In this document: positions 22,619 through 34,320 of the stretch, piece by piece
How the letters are laid out: every line of letters starts with the position of its first letter
How positions within the stretch are numbered: position 1 is the stretch's first letter
Assembly (NCBI GenBank): GCA_027923505.1
Contig: BROI01000018.1
Location: 186,001 to 250,000, forward strand
DNA length: 64,000 bases
From: Mayamaea pseudoterrestris
Lineage: Eukaryota
Reading direction: 5' to 3'
Notes under the pieces: generated by a model
What the model was told of the DNA's origin: nothing
The model's database searches: none
Seen by the model: the letters and a program-made list of their open reading frames with translations, nothing else
Made by a program: the position numbers and the translations under genes

Positions 22619-23224
22619 AGGTCGAATGATGTGCCCGTTTTCTCGTCAAACTTTCTTGCCGCTTTTCTTTACTTCCGCATTGTGGAAGTGTTACCTATTC
22701 TGTCGCACCATCCGTTTCGCTATGGCTTTCCACCCTGTACATTCGCTAAAGCCTCTTACAACTAATTTGCTTTGATTATAGCTGCTTTTTAATTTACTCA
22801 AGTCTACCAGTAGCATAGTTCCGTAGCCGACGATCTTTATAGTCCCACGTTGAAGCATCCCATTGGCAAGACAGCCATCAGCCATCATCGTCGACGCGCC
22901 GCATCGAGAAAGGCTTCCGCCCCGCAAATCACTCGCCGAACGAAACAGCGACACGAAACAAGAAAATGGTGTCAAGCTTAGGATGACGTGTTGGTCCTCA
23001 TTGGCCGTTTGTTTCCCCATTCAGGGTGACGTGTTGCAATTCAGGCCATTGATGGCTCACCAGTCCGTCTAATTTCACTGACGAATGAAGCTGTGATATA
23101 TGACGCGATTCCGTTTTTGACCCACGTACAAAGCGTAAATATCATTTGTGAGTCGTGGTGAGACCCTTCATGATTTTGCGCCACGACCTGATGAAATCAT
23201 CGTACCGGTACTTGTGCCTCATCC

Positions 23225-24205
23225 ATGTTTCGCGAGCGGCGCGGGCTTGCGACTCGTCCTCCGTCTCCAAGAAACACAGAAGTAATAATGAATCAATTGA
23301 ACGCTGCTAAAAAGCCCAGGAAAGAAGGACAGCGATCACTAGCTGGCAGCTGCAGTCGACAACAAAGTGTCGTCGATTCAAAACCTGATCGTCGTCTTGC
23401 CGACGACAACAATGCAACCAACGATTCAATCCACGACTACATTCCGCAGTATCTCCGCCGATTCGTCGCTCCATATCATGGTGATTTCTGCTTTACACCA
23501 ATATTTGACGCTCGACTGATTAGCTCTCTCATGGCGGAAGGCTTTCTTCCGATTGCTACCGAAGGTTTCCTGCTGCCGAAATTGCATGAGGAGCGATGTG
23601 TCATTCGACTCGATCAAGAAGCCCTGCATACGAGCAAGTCGACGCGCAAAAAGGCAAAGCGATATCAACTGACTGTCAATACGTCGTTTCGAAGAGTAGT
23701 GGAAGCGTGTCGACAGCAGCATGGTGAAACCTGCTGGTTGTACGAACCTCTGGTTCAAGCCTTTGAAACTATACATTCGAACGTTAGTAATGCAGCCAAT
23801 GTCTACAATGCACGAACACATCAAGTCGAGCCTTGTCCTGTTCGACTATATAGTATCGAGGTTTGGAATGAGCAACGCGAGCTTGTCGCCGGCGAGCTTG
23901 GGTATACGGTGGGGAGCATGTACACCAGCCTGACTGGGTTTCGTTTCGAGGATGGAGCAGGATCGGTCCAGCTTGCTGCACTGGGACACTTGTTGATTGC
24001 TAATGGTTTTACTGTCTGGGATCTTGGAATGGATATGGCGTATAAGCAACATCTTGGAACAAGTTTGATCAAGCGCGCAGACTTTGTACGGCTAGTTCAT
24101 CGGTTGCGGCACGAATTTGGGCATAACTTTCTTCCGCTCAATAATGGAGATCCGTATGACTGTCGGTCTCTCATCGACTCGACCAAGACAAAGCGTTCAA
24201 CGTGA
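23225..24205 (+). CDS. Leucyl/phenylalanyl-tRNA--protein transferase (Aat)-like aminoacyl transferase
   Basis: LHTSKSTRKK...LTVNTSFRRVVEAC...WL...YSIEVW...LVAGELGYTVGSMYTSLTGF...G.VQLAAL...WDLG follows the L/F-transferase motif order; intronless. Confidence 0.85.
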   Translation: MFRERRGLATRPPSPRNTEVIMNQLNAAKKPRKEGQRSLAGSCSRQQSVVDSKPDRRLADDNNATNDSIHDYIPQYLRRFVAPYHGDFCFTPIFDARLISSLMAEGFLPIATEGFLLPKLHEERCVIRLDQEALHTSKSTRKKAKRYQLTVNTSFRRVVEACRQQHGETCWLYEPLVQAFETIHSNVSNAANVYNARTHQVEPCPVRLYSIEVWNEQRELVAGELGYTVGSMYTSLTGFRFEDGAGSVQLAALGHLLIANGFTVWDLGMDMAYKQHLGTSLIKRADFVRLVHRLRHEFGHNFLPLNNGDPYDCRSLIDSTKTKRST

Positions 24206-24330
24206 TTGTTGGCGTGTGCATTCATACCTAACGAGTTGGGGAAATATAGGAAAAGTTACTCTAGCGATACTTGTGCGCACATCATAATGATACATAAATA
24301 AAAGGACTCGTTTTTAAGCGAGATATCAGA

Positions 24331-26377
24331 TTATACTAGCTTGCCAAGTTGGATCAAAAACGAACTGGCATCCAATATTTCCGTACTGCCATACGTAACT
24401 CGGCGTCGCTCATTCGCTAACATTTGCAGATTCTGATACTCGCCATACGATCCTCCACCAATGGTAAAGGCAATCACCTCCTTAACGGGTGCCCGCGTCA
24501 TGGTGCGAAGCTTCATAACATCAACATCGCCCTTCACTTTTGGATCCAAGTACAAAAACGATTCGTCCTCGCTCTGCGGCCTCATTTCGCAAAGATTTTC
24601 AATGACAACTGTGGCATGGTGCTTGTGGATCTTGCCCAGCATGGATGTTACTCGATCAGCAGCCTTTGCCAAGAGACCAGTCGCCTGTGACGTGGCCTTG
24701 GCCATGAAGCCACTTAGCATGGTCGCCGACGGTGCCGAACCCGTTGGCGATTGCAATTCTTGAAACATATCGGCTGCCGATGGTATCATTTGCATCGATC
24801 GCAACTGCTTCAAGTACGCAAACGCCTTTTCTGCAGCCGCAAGCTTGTCCTTCGTTTTGTTGTCTTGCGCCACCAATGATTCACACACTTGCCTCAACGC
24901 CGCTTCAATTTCTTCCAAGTCCGCCGACTTTGCCGCCGACGCCAACATGTAGACTATCACAAGTCGAGTCTTATCTTCTATATTTCCTTTTGAAGGGTCC
25001 TCGATAAGCCCCAGTACAGCCTTCTTGGCCTTTAAAGGGTCGTTTCTGTACATACCGGTCGTCAAACCCGACTCTAGCTCATAGAATTGAGGCACATCCC
25101 TCGCTGCCACTTCATTCATGACGGCCTGCAGAATACTCGTATGGACTTCCAGCTGCTTCTTTCGGTCCAGCAACGCAGGCAATGAGTCGACTGCTGCCGA
25201 CAAATCATTTGCTCCCGATGCCAGAGGGTCGACAGCAACAGGCCCTCCTCCACTTCTAGCAGCCTTGGATCGAATGGCTTGCTCTCGTGATGTAACGTCC
25301 TGGAGCTCCGTTCCATTTTGCTCGATCGCTTCGGGAAACGGCTGAAACTTGTGCACCGAATAGAAAGGATCTTGATCAGGGTCCAAGTCATACTTTTTCA
25401 AAATCTTTTTGGGTCGTTTCGCATTCTCGTCCTGGACCACTTCAAATTCCACTCGGTTGGCCTTGTGCACAAGCAAATCGTCAATGAGCGCTTGGTACGT
25501 GCTTGTGTGTTGTACTGGTGTTATAAGGTCAGCGTTACGGTCCAGTATCACAAGCAAGGGCCGCGTCATGGAAGACTTATTTCTCATGAGCGTCGGATGT
25601 TCGGCAATCATTTTGTTTAGCTTGCGGGCCACCATTTCTGGAGCGCCGCCCTGCACAAAAGGGAACGTAATCGTGAGCTCGTCGTACGAATGATACCTGA
25701 AGAATACTGTTGATTCTGATACTTACATGGGGGCAGCGAATGATTGGAATAGCCGCCATGGAAGCTACTACCGAAAACAATCCATACGCAATCTCAGTCA
25801 TGCACTGCTCCATCATTTGTTCCGTCGCTCCTCTGCCGTTGTATAGCACATAACTGTCAATCTTGCTCAAACTGAATAGATTGCGCTCCAGGCAGACAAA
25901 GTCAAGATACTGGTCATGCACACTTGCAATCGTTTCGAGTGAACCCGTCTGCACAACTAATTTCGCAAACTCCTCCATGAATGATCGATCCAGCTTGGTA
26001 CAAAAATTCAAATGCGCTCGCCCATACAAGCCCTTGCTGCAGTCCCGAGCAATCAGTGCAAGATTCTCGCGAGTTGGCCGACAAAAGTAGATTGCAGGAA
26101 CATCTGGAATAGGCTCCCGTTCCGTATTGAGCAGCAAATGCAGAGTCACTCCGCGTCGTCGTAACTGTTGAACGCTCATAATGGGCGAAATAATGCTTCG
26201 GCAGGGAGCGTCGTAAATCAAAATTTTCCATTGATTGTGAGACGAGCCAGCGGGAGGAAGGTTGAAATCGTCATCACATGGAGCTTCCTCGTTAAATGCA
26301 AGCATTCGATGAACGGCTCGTATCTGAGCAGCTTTGAGGGAAGTGTCGTCCTTGACGGCAAGAGGGGCGAAACTCAT
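24331..26377 (-). CDS. SLY1: Sec1/Munc18 family protein SLY1 (SCFD1), 2 exons
   Basis: WKILIYD...IISP...LRRRGVTLHLLL...REPIPDVPAIYF; RPLLVILDRNADL...HTSTYQALIDD; FTIGGGSYGEYQNL. Intron 25651-25726. Confidence 0.95.
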
Positions 26378-26925
26378 GTTGCTTGGCGTAAAAAAATGTC
26401 GGCGTTGGTTTTTAAGGAAAGGGAGCTACAGAATGCAGAAAATTTGAGTCGCAACAATTGACTTATTTCTTCTCAGTCAAGTTGAAACGGCGATACAACA
26501 AATCTCCCTCTAATAGAGTCGCAATCTGGTTTAATTAACCAAGGAAAGTGGATGCAAATTGGATCCGGATCTCCGCGGAAGGAAGGCGAACGTGAGGCCG
26601 TCGCTGTCGATTGTTGAAAGCGCGCAAGCCAAGCCTTTTGCGTCGACTCTCTGGCACACAGTGCCAAGAATTTTGAAAATCAAAGTTTTTGGCGGTACTC
26701 TCAAGCCCACAGTGCCAATATTTCAAAGTTATTGGCACTACTCTCTGGCCCATAGTTAATGTTGTTTCTATCGCATCGGTTATGAAAGGAGCCGCAAGTT
26801 GAAGTCGACGATGATTGGGATGACGTTTCGAATGAAACTGCCTCCCGTCGCTTACTTCGATTGTTCGATCAACCAACTTGACCCATCCACCATCCACGAA
26901 TCCATAGAACAACAATCAATACACC

Positions 26926-28457
26926 ATGGTCGTTTTTATAGGCAGAATATCACTTGCACTGACGTTCGCGGCGGGAGCATCCGCATTTTCGTCTCGATCA
27001 TCATCCAGCCGGCTTTCGACGACGCTTCAGAATTCCATTCCAGGCTCACTGGGTACTGGCCAAGGCTGGATCGACCCATGCGCACCCGTCAATACTGAAG
27101 CAAGCCTCAAAAAGACGCTTGCCAAATGCCTTGAAGGCTCCAAATTCCAGAAGCGACTCTCCATTTTGGGTAGCACGGGTAGCATTGGAACACAGACGCT
27201 TGACATTGTCGATGCCTGCCCCGACAATTTTTCCGTCGATGCACTATCGGCTGGAACAAATGCTCAACTCATGGCGGAACAAGTAATGAAGTACTCGCCC
27301 CTTGTTGCTAGCATGTCAACTCCTGAAGCAGCGCAGGAATTGGAACACATATTGAAGGAACGTGGGTGCAGCGACATGCCGAGAATTGTGTGGGGCGAGG
27401 ATGGCATTGTCGAGGCTGCTACTGTTTCGTCGGCCGACACGGTTGTTACTGGTATTGTTGGAGCTGCTGGATTAAAGCCTACGATTGAGGCAATTAAGCT
27501 GAAGAAGGATATCGCCTTGGCAAACAAGGAGACACTCATCAGTGGTGGGCCTGTCATTAATCCTCTCGTTGAAAAATATGGCGTGAACATGGTAAGAAAC
27601 GTGACAACTATGGGTGAATTTTTTCGTCGCATAGCATTTCATGCTCATAAATGCTGCCTTTTAATGTATAGCTTGCAGCTGATAGTGAGCATAGCGCCAT
27701 ATTCCAATGCCTTCAGGGTGTTCCTCCTGGTGGTTTAAGACGAATCATTCTCACTGCATCGGGAGGCGCTTTCCGCGATTTATCAAAGGATGAGCTCTTT
27801 CGCATGTGCGAGGAAGATCCAAGGGCTGTACAAGCCAAAGCAACTACGCATCCGAACTGGGACATGGGTGCCAAAATTACGCTCGATAGTGCGACCATGA
27901 TGAACAAGGGTCTTGAAGTTATTGAAGCTCACTATTTGTTTGGTGCAAGTTACGACGACATTGATATTGTTATTCATCCCCAATCCATTGTCCACAGTAT
28001 GATCGAAACGCAAGATACTTCCTGCCTGGCTCAATTAGGATGGGCCGATATGCGATTACCTTTGGTTTACTCAGTGTCATGGCCGCACCGGTTGAAAATG
28101 CCTTACAAACCACTTGATTTGGCAGAGCTGTCAACTTTGACGTTTGCCAAGCCAGACCACGAAAAATACCCTTGCATTGGGCTTGCGTATGCGGCCGGTC
28201 GTGCCGGTGGCACCATGACGGCTGTTCTCAACGCGGCAAACGAAGCAGCCAATGAAATGTTCCGTGCGGATATTGGATTAGGCTTTTTAGACATTCCAAA
28301 ATTAATCGAAAGTGCCATGGAAGCACACAAGGACGACCATATGATCAAGGATGTAACCCTTGAAGATATTTTGGCCTGCGACGCATGGGCACGTGAACAT
28401 GTCGCTACGCAAAGCCAAGCAATGAAAGCCGAGAAGACGATGCTTCTTGTCAAATAA
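26926..28457 (+). CDS. DXR: 1-deoxy-D-xylulose 5-phosphate reductoisomerase (MEP pathway), plastid-targeted
   Basis: ASAF leader; [68 protein letters not shown]. Intron 27592-27671. Confidence 0.97.
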
Positions 28458-28595
28458 GATTACGCTGCTTGCCGACTAAAACATATGAATTGAAATGCAT
28501 ATATTCCTTCCTTTTGATGATAAACAGTTTCTACGATGGCTAAACTGTCGCTACCGAGCGACTTTTAATAAGCAAACCATTTCTACAACTTATGA

Positions 28596-29923
28596 CTACT
28601 CTTTCTTGTCAGCCTTGGCCAAAACCTGGCGACAGACACAATCTTCACCAATGATGAGGCAGCGGCCCGCATTTACCACCTCATCCGTCACACATTGTTG
28701 CTGTCCCGTAGACATGATGACAAAGTCAATGCCTTGTTTTTCAAGGAACATCAAATCGGCCCTTGTAGGTGCTTCTGCAATGACTTCATCGACGCTCGTA
28801 GACGCACATGCGTTCAGCACCATATCCGTCATCTTTTCGCCTGGAATTCCGACAATGAGCTTCGATCCAAGTGCTTTCGCCTGCGTCCAAAACTTTAGCG
28901 TCTTGAAATCGAATGGCTTGACAACGCCATTGACGTATATGACGCGATCCTTTACCTTTCGTCGCACCGACTCGTATGCGAGTGGCAAAGCGAGCAAAAG
29001 GAAAAAGAGACCTACGAATCGCGTCCATGGCATGATGAAAAGAGCAGTACCCACCATTTCAAAAGTTTGCTTGGCCTTGCCTACGTGATCGGCGTTGACA
29101 GCCGATGTCGAAAAGTCAAAACCTTCCACCTTGGGCGCCGCGACGCCGCCCGACGAAAAGTAAGCCTGGAATCGAACACATCCACTCGATATTTCAGCCA
29201 AAATTAGTTTGATAATGGCAGCATACTGAATTATACGCAAATGGTTGCTCGATGGTATAGTGGACAGCAAAATGATCCAAATTGGAACCACATAGGCCTT
29301 GTCGCATACGGCGTCAACAAAGCCTCCATACGAGCGATTGCGATGAGAATGGACCCAAGAATGTAATGTATGCGGTGATCCGGTGGTGACAACCTCTACG
29401 GGGCAGAATTAAATGGATTAGAGCCATGAGGTGCGATGCGGCCAATGACAAAGATAACGCTCTTCCAGCACTCACCAAATTCATTATCCGAACTTGCTGG
29501 AGATGCTGGTTGCTCCTTCTTATGAACTTGAATTTCCATGCGATCCCTCCAATATCGAGCAACTACCCCATCAAGGAAATCTCCAAAGTCTACCAGTAGC
29601 ACAATAATGGCGGAAAGTATCCAGTACTCCCAAGCAAGGAAGAGAAGAGTCGGAATGACTAGAGCCGTCCGAAAGTATGTAATAAAGTTTGCTGTAAACC
29701 ACTGCGGAATCTTGGAAGCATTGTCATCCAGGAGCTTTCGGAGCAACTTGTTGAGGCTTGCGTAAAAGACTTCATGCCAGCGGAGAAAAGGCTTGATGAA
29801 TGAGCCCAGATAAAGCTCAATCGCATTGTCAATGGCGCTAAAGATGATGCTGATAATGTTAGTTGTTTGTTTCGGCATGGTTACTGCAGCTGCTCGTTGA
29901 CTTCGACGTTCTTGTTCATTCAT
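28596..29923 (-). CDS. CDP-alcohol phosphatidyltransferase fused to a degenerate cytidylyltransferase-like domain, 2 exons
   Basis: ANFITYFR...DFGDFLDGVVAR...YGGFVDAVCDK is the complete DxxDGxxAR...GxxxDxxxD signature. C-terminal RVIYVNGVVKPF...QAKALGSKLIVGI...VDEVIAEAP...IDFV resembles the CTP_transf_like fold. Intron 29396-29475 keeps the frame. Confidence 0.8.
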
Positions 29924-30233
29924 TCACTGTCAATTCCGATGGCTCTCCTCGACGTCGAAACCCTGGCGACGAGTGACATCCCAAGTTTGAGTCGGAGCGG
30001 TTTTCAAACAAGGAGTCGTGCGTGGTTGAAAATATCCAGACTGCTCTGTAGCGTTCGTAAACCCATGCATTTTTGATGCATGAGGCCATTAGCGACCGCC
30101 TTGCCAGTCCCGCAGTGACATCGACGTGTTGGCGTCGGCAGTCGACGTCGACATCACGCACCAATCATCCGGCCGACTGCTCTCCTTGGCACCGGAAGAT
30201 TCAGACATCGCCATTTACATCATTCTATCTCGC

Positions 30234-32563
30234 ATGATGGCAACCATTACGCAGACCAAGACGATAAGGAAAAGCATCACCATGGCACCGCCGTCTCCAA
30301 GGACAAATGCGAGCAGCTACTACGCAGGGTCGACGGAGATTGCGCAGGAGACGCCCATTACGTTGAATCGCCTTGAACCTGTGAGTTTCATGCGTGACGT
30401 GCACTATTTTTGGTGATTCGATTTGCGACGGATTTCTTGATGGGTAGTGCTGAGCGATTTGGAGTTCTGGTTTTGAGCTGTTTCATCTTGTTTCAGTATT
30501 GGCATGGCATTTTATTGTCGTTCGCCGTCTCACTTTTTCTTATTGTTCCCAGCGCCGCAAACTTACCAAGAATTCGACCCGCCTCGTTATTGTTCTCGTT
30601 GGTCTCCCGGCTCGAGGAAAGTCCTTTGTCGCCCGCAAACTACACTACTACATGAACTGGAGCGGATGCAAGTGCGAAATCTTTAACGTTGGCAGATATC
30701 GACGCCAGGCCATGGCAGAACTTTCGAAACGCAGCAATCAAGATATCATATCCGAGCGAGACGAAAAGGGAGCATGTGATGCCAGCTTTTTCGATGCCAA
30801 GAATCAAGCGGCAGCCGAGTTGAGACAAAAGGTTGCGGAAATGGCGCTGCTTGACATGCTGGCATGGCTCGACGACGAGGACGAGGAGTATTTGTCAGAT
30901 GGGGAAGAAAACGCGGACGCAAGCCGGAACTCGTTAAATAACGGTGGCAGGAGGGCGTCTGACAGTTCGCGATCTCTCAAGCTTGGTCAAGCCAAACTAG
31001 ACTTTAAGCGCTACGATCGCATTGCTATATTCGATGCGACTAACTCGACTGTTCAGCGTCGCAAGTGGATCCTAGAGCAATGCACATCGCCAGTACAACG
31101 ACCCGATAAGCAGACGGGAGTCATTTTTGTCGAGTCTATCTGCGATGATCGGGAACTGTTGGAGGAGAATTATCGCTACAAGATTTCGCAGAGTCCAGAC
31201 TTTGATGGCATGAGTGAGGAGGAAGCGTTTGCTGACCTCCGACAGCGCGTTTTAAAGTACGAGAATGCGTACGAGACGATTACGGATGACAGCCTTTCGT
31301 ACATCAAAATTTGTAAGTACATCTGGACTTTACTTTGACAAATCTTGTCTTTTTGCTGACACACTTCTCATGTTTTTAATGGCATGTACAGTCAACTTGT
31401 CGACCAAGCTCATGGTCAATCATATTTACGGACGCATGGCGAAAGAATTGATTCCTGCTCTCATGGCGTGGCACATTGGTACGCGTCCAGTGTTTCTCTG
31501 CCGCCCGGGTCAAACCAGCTCCGGCATTTACACGGATGGAGAAGATTATGTATCGCTGGACAAGATAAACATGAATCACCCGTCGTTTCTGGATTTGTCG
31601 TCGCGAGCAAAGCAAAAAAATGTTCGCGGCGATGGTCTCGGACGAACAGGCGTCAAGTTTCGCCAAGAGCTGCTGGACTTTTGCTACGAGGAGGCGCATT
31701 CGTTCATGTACAAGCGAGCAAGTGTTCACGACATGGCATACACTGGCACATCCATCAGTGGATTAGCTCCTGCTGAGCTCTTGACGAGCGTTGGTTCGCA
31801 TGGGAATTATGACAAGGATCACGTGGATGATAGCCTCTATGCCGAGCCTCACGACCACAAGGATCCATTCCCTTTAAAGATCATGACGAGTACAATGCCT
31901 CGCGCTCTGGAGACTGTTAACTGGGAGGAATATGAATTTTCTGTCGCGCAAATGTCGAACCTCAATCCATTGGACAAGGGAGATGGCTCGGGAATGGAAC
32001 TCGAGGAGGTCAAAAAGATTAACCCTGCCTGGTACGAGAAGCTCGTCAAAGATCCCTACAACACTAGGTACGTTACATTTTCAAGTTCAAATACCGTAGA
32101 TGTAATGTTGCATATCCTAACTTTATTTATCTATCCTCGCAGATTCCCAGGCGGTGAGTCGTATCGAGATTTGATTCGGCGACTGGTTCCGGTGGTCATT
32201 GACATTGAGCAGCAAGTCTCTCCATGCCTTGTCGTTAGCCATGTCAGTATCTTGCAATGCCTAATGGCGTACTTTCGCAACTCCCCGGTTGAGCACTGCA
32301 TGTCTATCGAAGTGCCGATGCATACGGTCATCAAATTTACACCTGTCCGAGGAGGCGGCTGGATTGAAACTCAGCATCCGCTTTGTGAAGCCGCGGGTCT
32401 TTCGATGCGGCAAGTTGACTCGACGGGAGATTTGAGCACTATGTCGAACGGTGGCTCATCGTCACCATTGTCTCCCATTTGGGGTGACCACTTGATGGCG
32501 CAACAGCGCACTAGCTTGAAGCAAGTTGTGCCAGTGGCAGAATCTTTGCAAATGGCTTTCTAA
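30234..32563 (+). CDS. PFKFB: 6-phosphofructo-2-kinase/fructose-2,6-bisphosphatase family protein, 4 exons
   Basis: LVGLPARGKSF P-loop, IFNVGRYRR, IFDATNST, FVESICDD; C-terminal phosphoglycerate-mutase-like domain (R|FPGGESYRDL, VVSH). Introns approx. 30381-30552, 31313-31391, 32068-32142. Confidence 0.92.
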
Positions 32564-32855
32564 TACTTGCTGTCGAGTAATATTATTAATTTTGTTTACA
32601 TTTTTACCTGCAAAATGGGAGTTGTTGTTGGTACGAGTAATAAGCTAGCGAGCATACATATAGTGCAACTAAGTCGAGCCGCGGAGCGCACGAAGCCTCT
32701 GAGTTTCCACCAGGTTCTGTAAATTGGCCGAACAACATGCAGACACCGGCCAAAGCGGATGAATTCGAGGCAGGAGGCAAGCGGGAGACTTTTTTGCGCA
32801 AACCCAGCACGTTTAGGGAGTGGCTTCATGGTCCATTGGATCGAGCCCCTGTCAG

Positions 32856-33931
32856 TACAAGCTGGATTCGCGCGCGCGATACCTCACGTAGCCCTTACCA
32901 ACGTCGTTCCGGCACTGATTCGCCACCACACAACTCAATCATGACGCACCAAGGGCAGACAGTCGATAACGGACTCTCGCCACGACAAGCTGATTGTGAT
33001 CCCGCCGGAAACGCTATAACTACGTGAAGCAGCAATATAAACTATACAGGCTTACACAATACAATCATCCAGTGTATACGACGCTAAAATTAAGTCAATC
33101 GGAGCTTGTTTGAGTATGTGGGACCCGCTGCAATGTGAAGGATTCATTTGCGCGCTCCCTTGCCGGCGAAATGGAATTAAATGCCTCAGATAATGATCCA
33201 AGTAAGAAATCCAGCTATCAGCTCATTACTCATCATATAATTAAGACAGCGTTGACGCAAAACATGCTGAAAATTGTACCCTTTCAGGTCGTAAATGGAG
33301 GCAGCAACCAGAGAGACAATTTGATGAGCTCTTCTGAGGCAAGTAAACTCACCATCCAACGTCGTTAAGGCCACTATTACTCATCAATTGCATCCATGGC
33401 ATGTGTATACTCGTTTCATCCAATAATAGTGGCCTTAACGCCTCATACTTGTCTTCATCTTGCCAGTTTTGTGGCGGCGGCATGGAACGAGCCCTTGCCC
33501 AAAACGATGATTTTGACGCACTAGCCGATCCTTAGGCTGACGAATCGCTAGATATGACATCTCCGTGATCACGTTTGAGTATGGACAACTTTGCGCCGGT
33601 GTTGAAAGACCTCTTCGGTTTGATCGAACCAAATTTTGCCGAGCATGGTCGAGGCAACGTACCACTGCGAGGAGAATTACTCATGATCCCTATGTCGTTA
33701 AGACAACTATTATTCATCAATTTCATCCGTGGCATATTAACGCATGTTACGGTCCAATAATAGTGGCCTTAACGCGTCAAACTGGTCTATAGTTGACTCA
33801 AGAGCAGCTCTCCGTCGAATTATCGTGTGATTTAACACGGAGTACCGGTACGATGATAAGCGAAGCCCATTCAACCGGTGCGACTTTGGTAAGGGCTACG
33901 TGAGGTATCGCGCGCGCGAATCCAGCTTGTA
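32856..33931. mobile_element. Non-autonomous TIR DNA transposon (about 1.07 kb), TA-flanked, Tc1/mariner-like
   Basis: Perfect 47-bp inverted repeat GTACAAGCTGGATTCGCGCGCGCGATACCTCACGTAGCCCTTACCAA at 32855-32901 and 33886-33932, extending imperfectly inward. TA lies at both outer ends. No transposase ORF inside. Confidence 0.8.
33361..33775. repeat. Two diverged copies of an ~80-bp hairpin/MITE-like unit (33361-33441, 33694-33775)
   Basis: Copy 1 has 17-bp perfect inverted arms CGTTAAGGCCACTATTA / TAATAGTGGCCTTAACG. Copy 2 shares the left half imperfectly and an identical 23-bp right end, TCCAATAATAGTGGCCTTAACGC. Confidence 0.8.
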
Positions 33932-34320
33932 CCTGTAAAGGTAGGATACATGAATGCTTGCTGCCAGGCTATTTCGTCAGTCACTTATAATGACTGTCTT
34001 GCAATCCTACTTCGCACTAGCTGTAAAGTAGAGGATGGCGGGCGGGACTTCTTACACAATAGCTAACTATCAATTACCTCAAACGCTAACTGCGTTGTGA
34101 AAGTTCAATCAGCGCGCGCTGGCACGCGCTAGCCGCAACGCGAGCGTGCGGCGCGAGGTTCCGTTTCGGTTGTTCTGTTGCCGACACGCGACGCGATGCG
34201 ACCAGCTTCGTGTTGTTCTGGCTGCGAGGCAAGACAGAGACACAACTTGACGAGGTCAATCTGTTTGGAAGCAACCCCGACTCGAACATTCTCTGTTCAG
34301 CGTCTTTCTTCATCAATAGT

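Noticed and set aside
33575..33760. Possible Harbinger transposase N-terminal remnant (RLSMDNFAPVLKDLFGLIEP)
   Set aside because: Resemblance is too short and weak to support without a profile search; no catalytic motifs visible.
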